Source of the DNA: the human T2T-CHM13v2.0 reference genome, Homo sapiens
Strand: one strand, 5' to 3'
NCBI RefSeq assembly: GCF_009914755.1
Contig: NC_060927.1
Length of the DNA stretch: 64,000 nucleotides
Shown here piece by piece: positions 12,467-25,800 of the stretch. The notes below the pieces were generated by a model. The model did no database searches, had not been told where the DNA came from, and saw only the letters and a list, made by a program, of their open reading frames with translations. A program made the translations under genes and the position numbers. Position 1 is the stretch's first letter; every line of letters begins with the position of its first letter.

Positions 12467-13373
12467 CATTTATTTATTTATTCATTCATTTATTTTCTGT
12501 TTCATTGAGGTATAATGGTATAATTGACAACTGAAATTGTATATGCTTAAAGTGTACAGTGTAATGATTTGATATACACATTGTGAAATGATTATGACAA
12601 TCAAGTTAACTATTACCTCATATAATTACATGTGTGTGTGTGTTTGCAAATGCTTAAGATCTATTCTCTTAGCAAATGTCAAGTATACAATACATTATTA
12701 TTAACTATATTTACTAGGCTATACATTAGGTCCTCAAGAACTTATTCATCTTATAAGTAAAATTTTGTATGCTTTGACCAACATCTCTCCATTTCTCCAA
12801 CTCCCAGTCCCTGGCAGCCACAATTCTACTCTGTTTCTATGAGTTTGACTTTATTTTTAAGATTCTATAGACAAATGATACTACATAGTATTTGTCTTTC
12901 TCCAGATTATTTCACTTACCATAATCCAAGCTGTCACAAATACAGGATTTCCTTGTTTTTTTAAGGCTGAATAATATTCCATCAAATTTATCTGTACCAC
13001 ATTTTCTTATCCATCCACGCACCAATGGACACTAAGGCAGTTTCCACATCTTCGCTATTTTGAATGATACTGCAATGAACCTGAGGGTGCACATATCTCT
13101 TTAAAATACTGATCTCATTTTCTTCTAGTATATACTCAGAAGTTGGATTGTTTGGTATCTCAATCCCATTTTGTATGGGATCATATGGTAACTCTATTTT
13201 TAATTTTTTTAGGAACCTTTATACCGTTTTCCATGATCATGATAGCTGTGGCAATTTACATTTACACTTACAATATATAAGGCTTCCATTTTTACCACAT
13301 CTTTATGTCTTTTTATCTCTTGTCTTTTTGATGATAACCATACTGGCAGGTATAAGGTGATATCTTATGGTGG
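12467..13373 (-). mobile_element. 5'-truncated L1MA (L1MA8/9-like) with recognisable TSD
   Basis: TCAAGTATACAATACATTATTATTAACTATA...GAACTTATTCATCTTATAA; AAGGCTGAATAATATTCCAT; TSD CCAGACACCATTCTTTT (12450-12466) / CCAGATACCATTTTTTT (13374-13390). Confidence 0.9.
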
Positions 13374-13635
13374 CCAGATACCATTTTTTTAATTTCCTAG
13401 AGTTTTAATACTTTTTCTAGACCCCAAAGAAAATGAACTCCATCTCAGAAAGGCCTAGAAGGCAGATGATAGATTTGGGAACCTGTTGACTTATGGCCAG
13501 AACATATGACATAATTTGGCAATCTTCAAATCACTGGGCCAAAACATTTTTATCATAAAGTTTCACATATTGGATTATGGAACACTCACATCAATGACTT
13601 TCATTTTTGAGGTTAGGTGTCCTTTCTCAAACAAG

Positions 13636-14129
13636 TGTATCAGTCAGGGTTCTCCATTAAACCAATAGTATATATTAATATATAAATATATAGAAAAAGA
13701 TTTGTTATGAAGGCTGGGAAGTCCCATGATCTGCTACCTGCAAGCTGGAGATCCAGGGAAACTGATGGTGTAGTTCCAATCCAAGCATAAAGGCCAAGAA
13801 CTGGGGGGCTGATAGCGTAGGTCCCAGTTTGAGTCTGAAAACCCAAGATGCCAGAGTGCTAATGCCCAAAAAGGCAGGAGAAGATGGGTGTCTCAATTCA
13901 ACAAGAGAGAGCAAATTCACCCTTCCTCTGCCTTTTTGTTCTTTTCAAGACCCTCAATGGATTGGATGAGGCCTACCCACAATGGTGAGGGTAATCTTTA
14001 CTCAGTCTACTGATTCAAGTGCTAATCTCTTCCAGAAACACCCACAAAGACACTCCCGGAAATAATGGTTTACCAGCTATCTGGGCATCCCTTAGTCCAG
14101 TCAAGTTGACACATAAATTCAACATCCCA
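13636..14129 (-). mobile_element. MLT2B (ERVL) solo LTR
   Basis: TGTATCAGTCAGGGTTCTCC...GAAGTCCCATGATCTGC...CAGTCAAGTTGACACATAAA. Confidence 0.9.
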
Positions 14130-14219
14130 ATTAGGGTTTCTTTAAATCTTGACTTACCAACAGTACCTTTCCCATTGTCCTGAAATATTGACCTGGTTTG
14201 TCAGCAATATTAAAAATGT

Positions 14220-14835
14220 ATGTGTTGCAATCACTTTGGAAAATGAGTTGGTATTTCTTATAGAGTTAAACCCACACCTAAATGGTAACCCAGCAGTTCA
14301 ACTACTAAGTATTTATTCAAGATAAATAAAAGCATTTGATCACAAAAAGACTTGTACAATAATATTCATAGCAATTTTAGTCATAATAGTCAAAAACTGA
14401 AGATAAACTTAATTTCCATCAAGTAAAAAATGGAATAGCAACTGCGGCATATTCATATAATGAAATATTACTCAGCATTGGAAAGAATAAACTACTATAT
14501 TACACCAATATAATCCCAGAAACATAATGTTGAATAAAAGAAGCCAGACGCAACATGTTGAACAAAAGAAGACAGATACAAAGTACATAGTGTACTATTT
14601 CATTATATAAAATTCAAAAGCAGGCAAAACTAACCTGTGGTGACAGAAATCAGAACAGCAGCTTTCTATGTAGGGTGGGGATAGAAAGGAGACATGAGGG
14701 AACTTTCTGGTGTAATGAAAATGTTCTATATCTTGACTGATGTGTTGGTTTCATGGTAAAATTTGTCAAAACTCATCAAACTAAACACTTAAGATCTATT
14801 TATTTCACTATACGTACCTTTTACCACAGTACATA
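14220..14835 (+). mobile_element. L1M (L1MC/ME) 3' fragment
   Basis: CAATCACTTTGGAAAA; CACAAAAAGACTTGTAC; AAAAGAAGCCAGAC; GTCAAAACTCATCAAACT. Confidence 0.85.
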
Positions 14836-14867
14836 CAAACCCACTCTGCCCTCTCAAAAAATAAAAG

Positions 14868-14915
14868 ATACACACACACACACACACACATATACACAAA
14901 CACATACATACACAT
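14868..14915. repeat. (CA)n/(TACA)n microsatellite
   Basis: Directly visible. Confidence 0.9.
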
Positions 14916-14953
14916 AATATCTATATGAACAAAATTACATTTTAGAAATCTGG

Positions 14954-16030
<1,077 letters not shown>

Positions 16031-16743
16031 CTCATTTTATTAGTATTTTATTAAAATTTAAAAGTATTAAAATTAGTAGGGTCAGAAAGAAGTTTCTTCA
16101 CCTGACAAATTAGTCGGTTTGTAGTCAACTCTCCTTTTCAGGCTATTTAGCCAATTTATAATTTTGTAACATATTGTTAGGCCCTCTTCTTATACAGTTA
16201 ATGTTTATGACTTTTTTTTAATTAACTACTGAGCCCCTCTGCTTGGTTAGCATATGAAACCATTAACACCAATGAATCTTTCCTGTTTTCAATGTCAACA
16301 CTACTTTTTTCATTCCTTTTTGGCTTACTGACATGCTTTGTTAATTTCTTCTTATTTATAAAGAAAAAAATTAGGTACCTATATCCTAAGTAAATCTTGC
16401 TTAACTGAGTATATAAAACGTCCATTTATATTCATCTTTTCCTACTTATTAAAATCAATAAAAATTAAACATACACTTATATTCATCCTTCTTTTGTATT
16501 ATACTTTCGTTTTTGTATACTTTTTCCTTTTTAACCATCACCACTGTCATGACTTTTAACAAATCCGACTAGCTTCTATTGGCTATTATTATTATTATCA
16601 CTATAATTGGTGAAAATCATAACATTTTATGCCCTCTTGAATCACCAACTTTTATCACTTTCTCCAACGTTCTTAGAAGTATTCTTGTTTCTTGGTAACC
16701 ACAGAATGTTCTAGGGTTATTCTTATTTTCTCTTGCTCTAAAA

Positions 16744-16971
16744 CAGTGGTTTTCAAAAAAATGCTGGGTTTTTTCCCAAAAAGACACTTGGCAATGTCTG
16801 GAAACATGTTTGGTTGTCACAACTGAAAGAAAGCAGATTAGGGGTGGGGAGTTGCAACCAGCATCTAGTAGGTAGAGTTTAGGAATGTTGCCAAGCATCC
16901 TACCGTGCAAACTGATGTTGGGCCTCAAATGTCCTCACCTCAAATGACAGTGCTGAGGTTGAAAAACCCTG
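16744..16971 (+). mobile_element. MER20 DNA transposon
   Basis: CAGTGGTTTTCAA ... GGCAATGTCTGGAAACATGTTTGGTTGTCACAACT ... GAGGTTGAAAAACCCTG. Confidence 0.9.
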
Positions 16972-17387
16972 ATCTAAGTAATGTGGAATCAAATAACCTC
17001 CAACGAGTTCTGGGTCTTTTTTAAGCTGTAAGAGTTTTAGACCAACATGTGACTGTGCAGCTGCACAACAGAGTTGTTGATGGATGAGGGTGCTGCTGCT
17101 GCTGCTGCTGTTACTATACCGATCAATATTTTTTTAAAGGTTGAGTTTAAATTTGAAGTTTACAATTTATTGTATATTATTGTACACCACCTTTCTTATA
17201 ATATGTAGTTTCCTCAGCCACTAAGATTTTCTCCTACATTGACAAATATATTCTTATAATCAAGTCAAGAGTGATCCATTCAGGGTGGCTTTCCTGTAAC
17301 AGTTCTTACAGTTCATACAATATTTGCTTTCCTTTCTTCATCCCTGAAGACATGATAATTACAAAGTAAATTTTAAGAAAACTCTAT

Positions 17388-17478
17388 CACCCAGACTTCA
17401 CCACTAACAATTCATCCATGTAACCAGAAGCCACTTTTACCCCTAAAGCTATTGAAATAAAAATTTCAATAAAAATAA
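17388..17478 (+). mobile_element. Extremely 5'-truncated L1PA/PB 3' stub
   Basis: CCCAGACTTCACCACTAACAATTCATCCATGTAACCA...CCCCTAAAGCTATTGAAATAAA; TSD-like AAGAAAACTCTAT / AAATCAACTCTAT. Confidence 0.8.
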
Positions 17479-18639
17479 AAATCAACTCTATTGATAATTT
17501 CTCAATAGGTAAGTACTGCAAATGTCCAGGTCTTCTTGGATGGCAGGTTCTTGGGTATGAAAGTAGCCAGCTTAGAAAATAATAGCAGCTATAATCTTCA
17601 GAGTACACAATAGAACATTAGGTGCTGGTCTAGAAGAAAACAAAACAAAACCTTTATCTAAGACTAGATTTATACTGTCAACATTGGATATTTCTGAAGA
17701 AAATGTCATATATTAACAAATTCCTACCATAGAGATTCCAATTTTGAAAAATCATGGCATTTCCCTGCCTTCTGAAAGACAGACCCTAACTGGAAAATTG
17801 GAAGAGTTTGAAAGCCTTTATTTATTGTCCAATAATGTTTTAAGCCAAACTAGTAAACTCACATTTCACCCTAAATAAATTTTCCTGTCTTTCTCAATGT
17901 GTAAAAACACATATACTCACATATACATTCATTCTTCCTCATGTCTCAAACACACATACACACACACTTCACTTTTCCCTAGTCTTCAAAGTTTTGAGTC
18001 AGATGTTCTATAGAACATGCATGCATTTTAGTCTTCCCCAATTTAAAAAGCAGGCAAATAACTCAGTCAAATTTTAATTCATTATTGAAAACTTATTTTA
18101 AATCAATTTACTTGGTAACCAAGCCTTGGCTACAGTCTGGGTCTGTCCCCTGAAGAGATGACTGGGAAAGAACAAACCCCCAGTGGGCATCAGTATTGTC
18201 CCTTCAAGTGGCAGCTTGTAATTTTAAGTGTGACGACTATGCTCCTTCCTCAAATTTTCATTTTTACCTCAGAAAATTGAAACAAGCTCCACCATTTGCA
18301 TCGTCAGCATAGGAGATGGAGAAAACAATAGCCACAGGTGACAATTATAAGGCAACTTGAAGTAGATAAGCATGACATTTAATAGTGACCTACAATTTTA
18401 GGACCAAGATGACTTTTGTAAGTTATAGCCACAAAATTATAAAAAATACTAAGGGCAGAAAACAAATCTAAGCTACTCTTTGTCAGTTACATATCAAGCA
18501 ATATGTACTCAGTAATGGCTGTTTTTAGCAAAAGCAAACGTTGATTCAGTGTGTGTTTGTGTGGTATTAGATCATTAAAATGAAAGGAACAGACACATTT
18601 AAAAGGTCATCAACTCCAACTACAGAAGGGAGTGGAACC

Positions 18640-18870
18640 AACATGTATTCAACAATTGTGTGCCATGGAGAATGATGTCAAACTGACAGAGAGACAGAGA
18701 AAATCTCATTGAATCCTTACAACTGTGCAAGGTAAATTTTAGTACCCAGACTTTAAAAATGGGAGCATTGAGGCCAAGAGGGTTGGAGTAACTTGGCTTA
18801 GAGCTTGAATTCAAACCATCAGTCCCACTCTAAAGCCATAATCTTGTTACTATGTTGGGCCATCCACAGT
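18640..18870 (-). mobile_element. MIR
   Basis: ATCTCATTGAATCCTTACAAC...ATTGAGGCCAAGAGGGTTGGAGTAACTTG. Confidence 0.8.
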
Positions 18871-20346
18871 GGAAGAGACCATATGAGAAATCAGAACAAA
18901 AAGAATTATATACTCTGGAAAAGACACGTGTACACCGACCTGGACCTAAACATATGAAATAGGCATAGGAACCTATGCTAATAAGAGAATACTTTCAGTG
19001 AACATAAGATTGCAAATTTCAACCTTACTTTTTTTTACATAATTGAATTTAGGATATTAGGCTTTATTAAAATAAATAGAGAAAATATAGTAAGTTTCAT
19101 ATGGAATTGATGATAGACTTTAAGTTCTAGAGATAACATATTGAGTGTAAATTGTACTAGTTTACAATCTTAATTGAACAGATTCTAAAAAGCTCTGGAA
19201 AACCAAGTATAATACTGACATTTGCGAGGAAGGATACTTTTAGTTTTAGGTTTCAGTCACTGACAGCCTGTATATGTCAACATTTTCCACACTGTATTCC
19301 GTGGGCCATTACTCTTAAAATAGGACTCTGGGATTCAAATCATTCAGAGAAACGCTGATTTAGCAACAAAGAAAATTTCTTTATTGCATGTTTGTAAATC
19401 TAAATCTCCAAGAAGTAGACAAGGTGTGCTGGGATGCCCAAACTTCCTTGTGCATGGGATGCTGGTTTCACAGAAACAGGTAGGGCACATTTTCCATAAG
19501 GAAGAGTTTAGAAAATATTTGTCTATGCAATTGTTGGCTAAGAAAAAAATTTGACAGGAGTTAAGACTATACAAGTTAAGAACATTACATTGCTCAACAA
19601 CCTTCACAGGTTGTCACATCTTATTTTATTCTTCTACTTCTGGGCCTGAGCAAAACTGAGTAGTCCCCAAGAACCATTAACGTGAGATTCTCATTTTCTT
19701 GAATCTCCATAACCCAGCCTCTTTAACCTTCATTAGTATTATAAAAACGTCCAAACTCAGGGCAATTGACCTCATAATTACATATGGTTTAACGTTTCCT
19801 TTTCCCCTCGAATTAAAACTAGGAGCCCATTCCTTCTATCTGATTTCATTTTAACAACTTACCATTGATCTTTGGGGAGATATGAGGAAATCATGGGGAA
19901 AGGATTTTGAAGCTCAGCTGGCACAGGTGTAGATTTATATCTTTTCATCTTGATGGATTTGGAACATGTTCTATGCACTTGATTTTAGTTAATGCACTGC
20001 CCCCAAAGTGTCCAGTAAATGATTTGGAGTAACTTTTAAAGTGGGCAGATATAAAAGCTCTGAGGAAATACATGAAGAGATATAGAAATAATTTTACTGT
20101 CAGACTTCCTTACCCTCATCATTACCTTGAAGGGATTCTTTGTCCTCTGTTAAGAGTTTTGGTAATTCTCACAGGACAATTGGGAATTGTTTTCTGTCTT
20201 ATGCAGGCAAGATAATGAGCAGAATTTCAGAGTGGAAGTGTCCACTGAACTTAAAGCTAGATACAATAGCTACAGTGGAAGTGTCCGCTCTGAAATTGGG
20301 AGGTTGCTATGACTCAACAATAAAAACAAAATATCACTTCCTGGTA

Positions 20347-20448
20347 TTATTTTCCATAATCAGATTTGAGATGTTAGACTACGTGGCAAAAATGCCAGGA
20401 AGTGACATTTTTGCAGGCTAGCATCTCAAATCTGATTCTGGAAAATAA
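20347..20448. repeat. Long inverted repeat / hairpin (~102 nt)
   Basis: Arms 20347-20377 and 20418-20448 are 29/31 complementary; inner stem 20386-20397 / 20403-20414 is 11/12; 5-nt loop GGAAG. Confidence 0.95.
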
Positions 20449-20469
20449 GACAACAAAAGAATGACAAGA

Positions 20470-20675
20470 TTAGTATTAACTAAGCACCTACTACATGCTA
20501 GGCACATTATACCAACTGCTTTCTCAAAATTAGAAATTTAACGCATATCATAACCCTGTCATATAAATATCATTAAACTCATTTTAGACAAAGCTGGGAG
20601 TGGTGGGGCTAGGAGTCTGCCCCTAATTTGTTTGATTCTAAAGCCCATATTCTTCTGACATAATACACTGCCTCC
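20470..20675 (-). mobile_element. MIR
   Basis: CTAAGCACCTACTACATGCTAGGCAC...CTCATTTTAGACA...TGATTCTAAAGCCCAT. Confidence 0.75.
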
Positions 20676-21074
20676 AGTGGAAGGGTAGTGTTAATCCTTA
20701 GTTCCTCTTTACTATTTATAAGAGGAAGAGTCCATTGAGCAGCTCCACCCTTTTCTAAAGGCCGTAAGAAGGAACACGACTTGAGAAATAAAAACTACTC
20801 ATTTTGTAAAAGGAAGAAATATGTCAAATGTCATTAACTTCACCTCAATCTGGGTGCTCACCAGGTCCTAAACATTTAGTAAAGTTAATGAACAGACATG
20901 TAGTGCCCCTAGACATTGTGGATTCAGCAATAAAATTAAATAGTCCCTACCGTCCCTCAAGGAGCTCACAATGTAATGGAAAGACACAGGCAAGTCTCCT
21001 TTCCCCAGAAAACACTAGTAGGGTCTAATTCACAGTAATTTAGAGCCAAATGGGGTTTAACTTTTTTTCGTTTT

Positions 21075-21865
21075 TGACTGACATATTTAATTGACATATT
21101 AATAAGCACAAATCTGAAATGTAAATCTCAGTAAAGTTTTACATATGTTTATACATGTGCAACTACCACTTAAGTTGAAACATAGATCATCTCTAGCATT
21201 CCTTAAGGTTCTCCCAGGCCCCTCCTAATCAACACTATTCCTAAAAGTAACCACTGGTCTTATTTCTATCACCATTGATTACTTTTGCTTGTTTGAACTT
21301 CATATAATGAAACCGTAAAATAAATGCTCCCTTGAATATGGTTTAATTTGCTCAACATTATATTTGTGAGATTCATCCAAACTGTGTATAGCAATAATTT
21401 GTTTTTTCTTGTTGATGTGTAATGTGTAAATTTACCTCAATTTGTTTATCCATTATATGTTAATAGATATTTGAGTTGTTTTCCTGTTTTGGCTATTATG
21501 AATAATGGTGATATGAACAGTCTTATACATGTCTTCAAGTGGATATAAAGAATGGAAGTGCTAAGCCATAGAATAGGCACATGTGCAGCTTTAGTATACC
21601 TCCAAATGCTTTCATTGGTACAAGCAGTTTTACCAATGGGCACACCTACCAGCAATGTCTGAGAGGTCTACTTTATATCCTCACCAAGATTTGGTATTGT
21701 TACTCCTTTTAATTTGAGCTCTCTAATGGATGTGTAGCGGTATCTCTTTGTGGTTTAAATTTGTATTTTTCCGATGACTGATAATGTTAGGCACCTTGTC
21801 ACAATTGTATTGGCTATTTGGATTTTCTTTTTTGTTAGGTACCTAATGAAGATTTTTGAAACAAG
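21075..21865 (-). mobile_element. L1M (L1MC/ME) 3' fragment
   Basis: TTTGAACTTCATATAATGAA; TTTGTGAGATTCATCCA; GTTTTGGCTATTATGAATAATG; GTGGTTTAAATTTGTATTT. Confidence 0.85.
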
Positions 21866-23099
21866 TTTGATGCAGCTTGTCACAAGCCAACTTTATTTAT
21901 CTTTTGTGTGTGCATCTTCTCATTTTATTGAGGGAAAAATCTAAAATGAGAGAGTTAAGTAAATTGGTCCAACTCATGGTTGGTTGTTAGCAAACCTGTA
22001 CTTGAAATCAGATCTACACACTCCCATTCCTTTGTGTTTCCTCTGTACATGTAATGTGTGGCCCCATCAGTCATCTGCACCTATTAATTGCATTCCCAAC
22101 AGGCAGATTTTCTTCAGTTTTCCTAAGCTCAGTTAACTAACCGCCTCTGTGTAATCTTGCCCCATCCTCACCCCCTAGAACCTATAACTTCTCTACACAA
22201 GCCAACTTTATTTTTAACTTCACACTGTATAAGAAAGGGGCTTTTCTTCTCTCCAGTCCTTCCCCGCCCTCAATTCCTATTCACTCCCTCATATATACAT
22301 ACACCATTCCCCTCCCCACCCACTGTGAAGAGCTTGTATATCTAGAGATGGGAAACCATACTTCAGGCTAAACAGGAAAACCCAATTTCATTTTAAAAAC
22401 TGAAATAGATAATGACACTTCAGAAGGGTTCATCTCTGCCTACTTGTGTTTTACTTAATGCCCACTTCACATCTCTATAACAGCTCTGTGATTTACCATC
22501 CTGGATAAAAGAACCGAGTGGATTCTGTCTCCCAGTGTGTTAGAAATATGGCATTACATATATTTTAAAAACCTAAATCACTGTGAGCCCTGCAAAAAAT
22601 ATCCCAAGTATTGATTTAAACATGTCTTTTTTGCAACATGCCTCCCTGTACGCACTGGGAAACATAAAGTGACCCATAAATATTCTGGAAAGACCACTTA
22701 TTTTCTATTCTTCTGTCACCCTGAGCTGCAGAACCATTCTTCCCTCGTGTGCTCCTATGATTTCAAATCAAGGAGCAGGCTGTTTGAGGAAGAAAGCTCC
22801 AGTTTAAGTAGATTGCTGCAGGCCTGCTGCTGATGGTGCTGTCTGATCTCCCTTCAGGCAATGTCTAAAAATAATAATAAGCAATAGTTTATCTTTATAA
22901 CATCCTTCTCCAACAATGGAGAGTTCAAAGCGATGCTGATATTAATTCATTAACTCTAGAACAGCCTTCTGAGGCAAGGAAGAGTTCACTACTCCAGCTT
23001 CTGAGAAGGATTTTGGGGTCTGGGTGGAGTAGGTGTGCCAGATTATGCAGTACAACAGGCCAAATGTGGCTTCGTGAAATCCACTGCATCACCAAGCTA

Positions 23100-23355
23100 C
23101 AGAGCCATAAGATTCTGGAGCTGGAAGGACCCGCATGGTAGAACCCACTTGTTTTCAGATGAAGAAGCTCAGACTCACAGAACTTGGGAGGACTCTCCAA
23201 GGTTGCACAGAGAATCTGTCCAAGGTCGCATATGGAAGAGCTTGAGGGGTTGCCAAGATCACACAGAAGGGATTGAGGATGCCACCAAGATCACGTAGAG
23301 ACGTAGTGACTAAAATAATGTAAGACCCAGGTTTTCTAACTTCCAATTCAATGAT
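23100..23355 (-). mobile_element. MIR with internally reiterated core motif
   Basis: GTTTTCAGATGAAGAAGCTCAG then four CCAAG(G/A)T-type core copies at 23197, 23220, 23253, 23285, then GACCCAGGTTTTCTAACTTCCA. Confidence 0.7.
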
Positions 23356-23390
23356 CCAAGAGATTAAACATCAAGAGAAAGGGGCACAGG

Positions 23391-24491
<1,101 letters not shown>

Positions 24492-24500
24492 GTTATTTTT

Positions 24501-24820
24501 GGAAAGAAAGAAACAAACAAAGAAACAAGGAAAGAAAGAAGGAAGGAAGGGAGGGAGGAGGGAGGGAGGGAAGGAAGGAAGAAAGGAAGGGAGGAAGGAA
24601 AGAGAGAAGGAAGGGAAGGGAAAGGGAAGGAAAGGGAAGAGAAGGAAGGGAGGAAGGAAAGGAAGGAAAGAAGGAAGGAAGAGAAAGAACAAAAGAAAGA
24701 AGGAAGGAAAGAAAGAAAGAAAGAGAGGAAGAAAAGGAGGGAGGAAAGGAATGGAGGGAAGGAAGGAAGGAAAGGAGAGAGAGAGAAGGAAAGCAAAAGG
24801 AGCATGAAGAAGAAAAGGTG
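24501..24820. repeat. Complex purine-rich simple repeat (GAAA/GGAA/GGGA)n
   Basis: ~320 bp almost entirely A/G on the + strand. Confidence 0.97.
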
Positions 24821-25489
24821 AACTATTATCCTTAAGAATCCAAGGTGTTTAAGCCAATGTTTAGCTCAAGATTTTGGAGAAACTTTTGCCTCTGGTAGGT
24901 CACACAGGTAATAAGCAGTAGACTAAAACCCATATCTGACTGATGCTAAAGTCTACATTCTAGATGACCCCTCTCTACTGGTAAGCAAATATTTGAAGTG
25001 CCTTATGATGTCCTGAGAAAGTACCTAGGAATTTTCTTTAAAAGACTCTAGAAAATTGGACAAGTAGGTTAAGAGGGAGGTGGAAAAGAAAGCCTTTTTC
25101 TTTTTGTTTCACACATTTTTTACTGCTTGATATTTGTTAACCATTATGCATATTACTTTAATTATTTTTTAAAAAGTGGTTGACATATTTTGAGGATTTT
25201 CCTGAACTCTAAAATGTCATTTAATTTAAAAGAACACAAAAAAAAAAAACCAAAAAATTCTCCTAGCTCAAAATGTATGCTCCCTTTAGGGCATTGTATT
25301 ATCTTCTTTGGAACATACCCACTGTCCCCTCACCCCATATTCTCTGACTATATTTTTTATATGTCCTGTGGGTTTGTTACGTGACAATTGCAGCTAAAAA
25401 TATGCTTGCTTCTGCCCACTCCCAACTTATTATTTTTGTATGCACTCACTCCACACAATATCTTTATTATGAAGAATTTGCATAGGCCC

Positions 25490-25800
25490 TTGTTCACTCA
25501 AGAGACATTTATTGATCACCTCCTACATGCCAGACACCTCATAACCCTACCAACCAGGAAGACAGACATGTGAGCAAAATGTAACCATACAGTCAGGGGA
25601 ATACGTAATTAAGGCATTCAAGATATGCTCTGAGGACACAAAAAAATAACCCTGTGAAGGGATTTAGGGAAGTGTTTATAGAAGAAGAGGTATTTGACCT
25701 GTCTTGAAGGCTGAAATGGAGTTTTCTAGGAGTTAAAGAGGAACAAAGTTATCCTAAGTATGTATGTGAGCTATAAAGAATGAGATAGAGAATTGTATTC
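25490..25800 (-). mobile_element. L2 3' fragment
   Basis: TTCACTCAAGAGACATTTATTGATCACCTCCTACATGCCAGACAC; TTTGACCTGTCTTGAAGG. Confidence 0.75.

Noticed and set aside
17091-17112. (TGC)n trinucleotide run as an expansion locus
   Set aside because: Only ~6-7 units in a non-coding context
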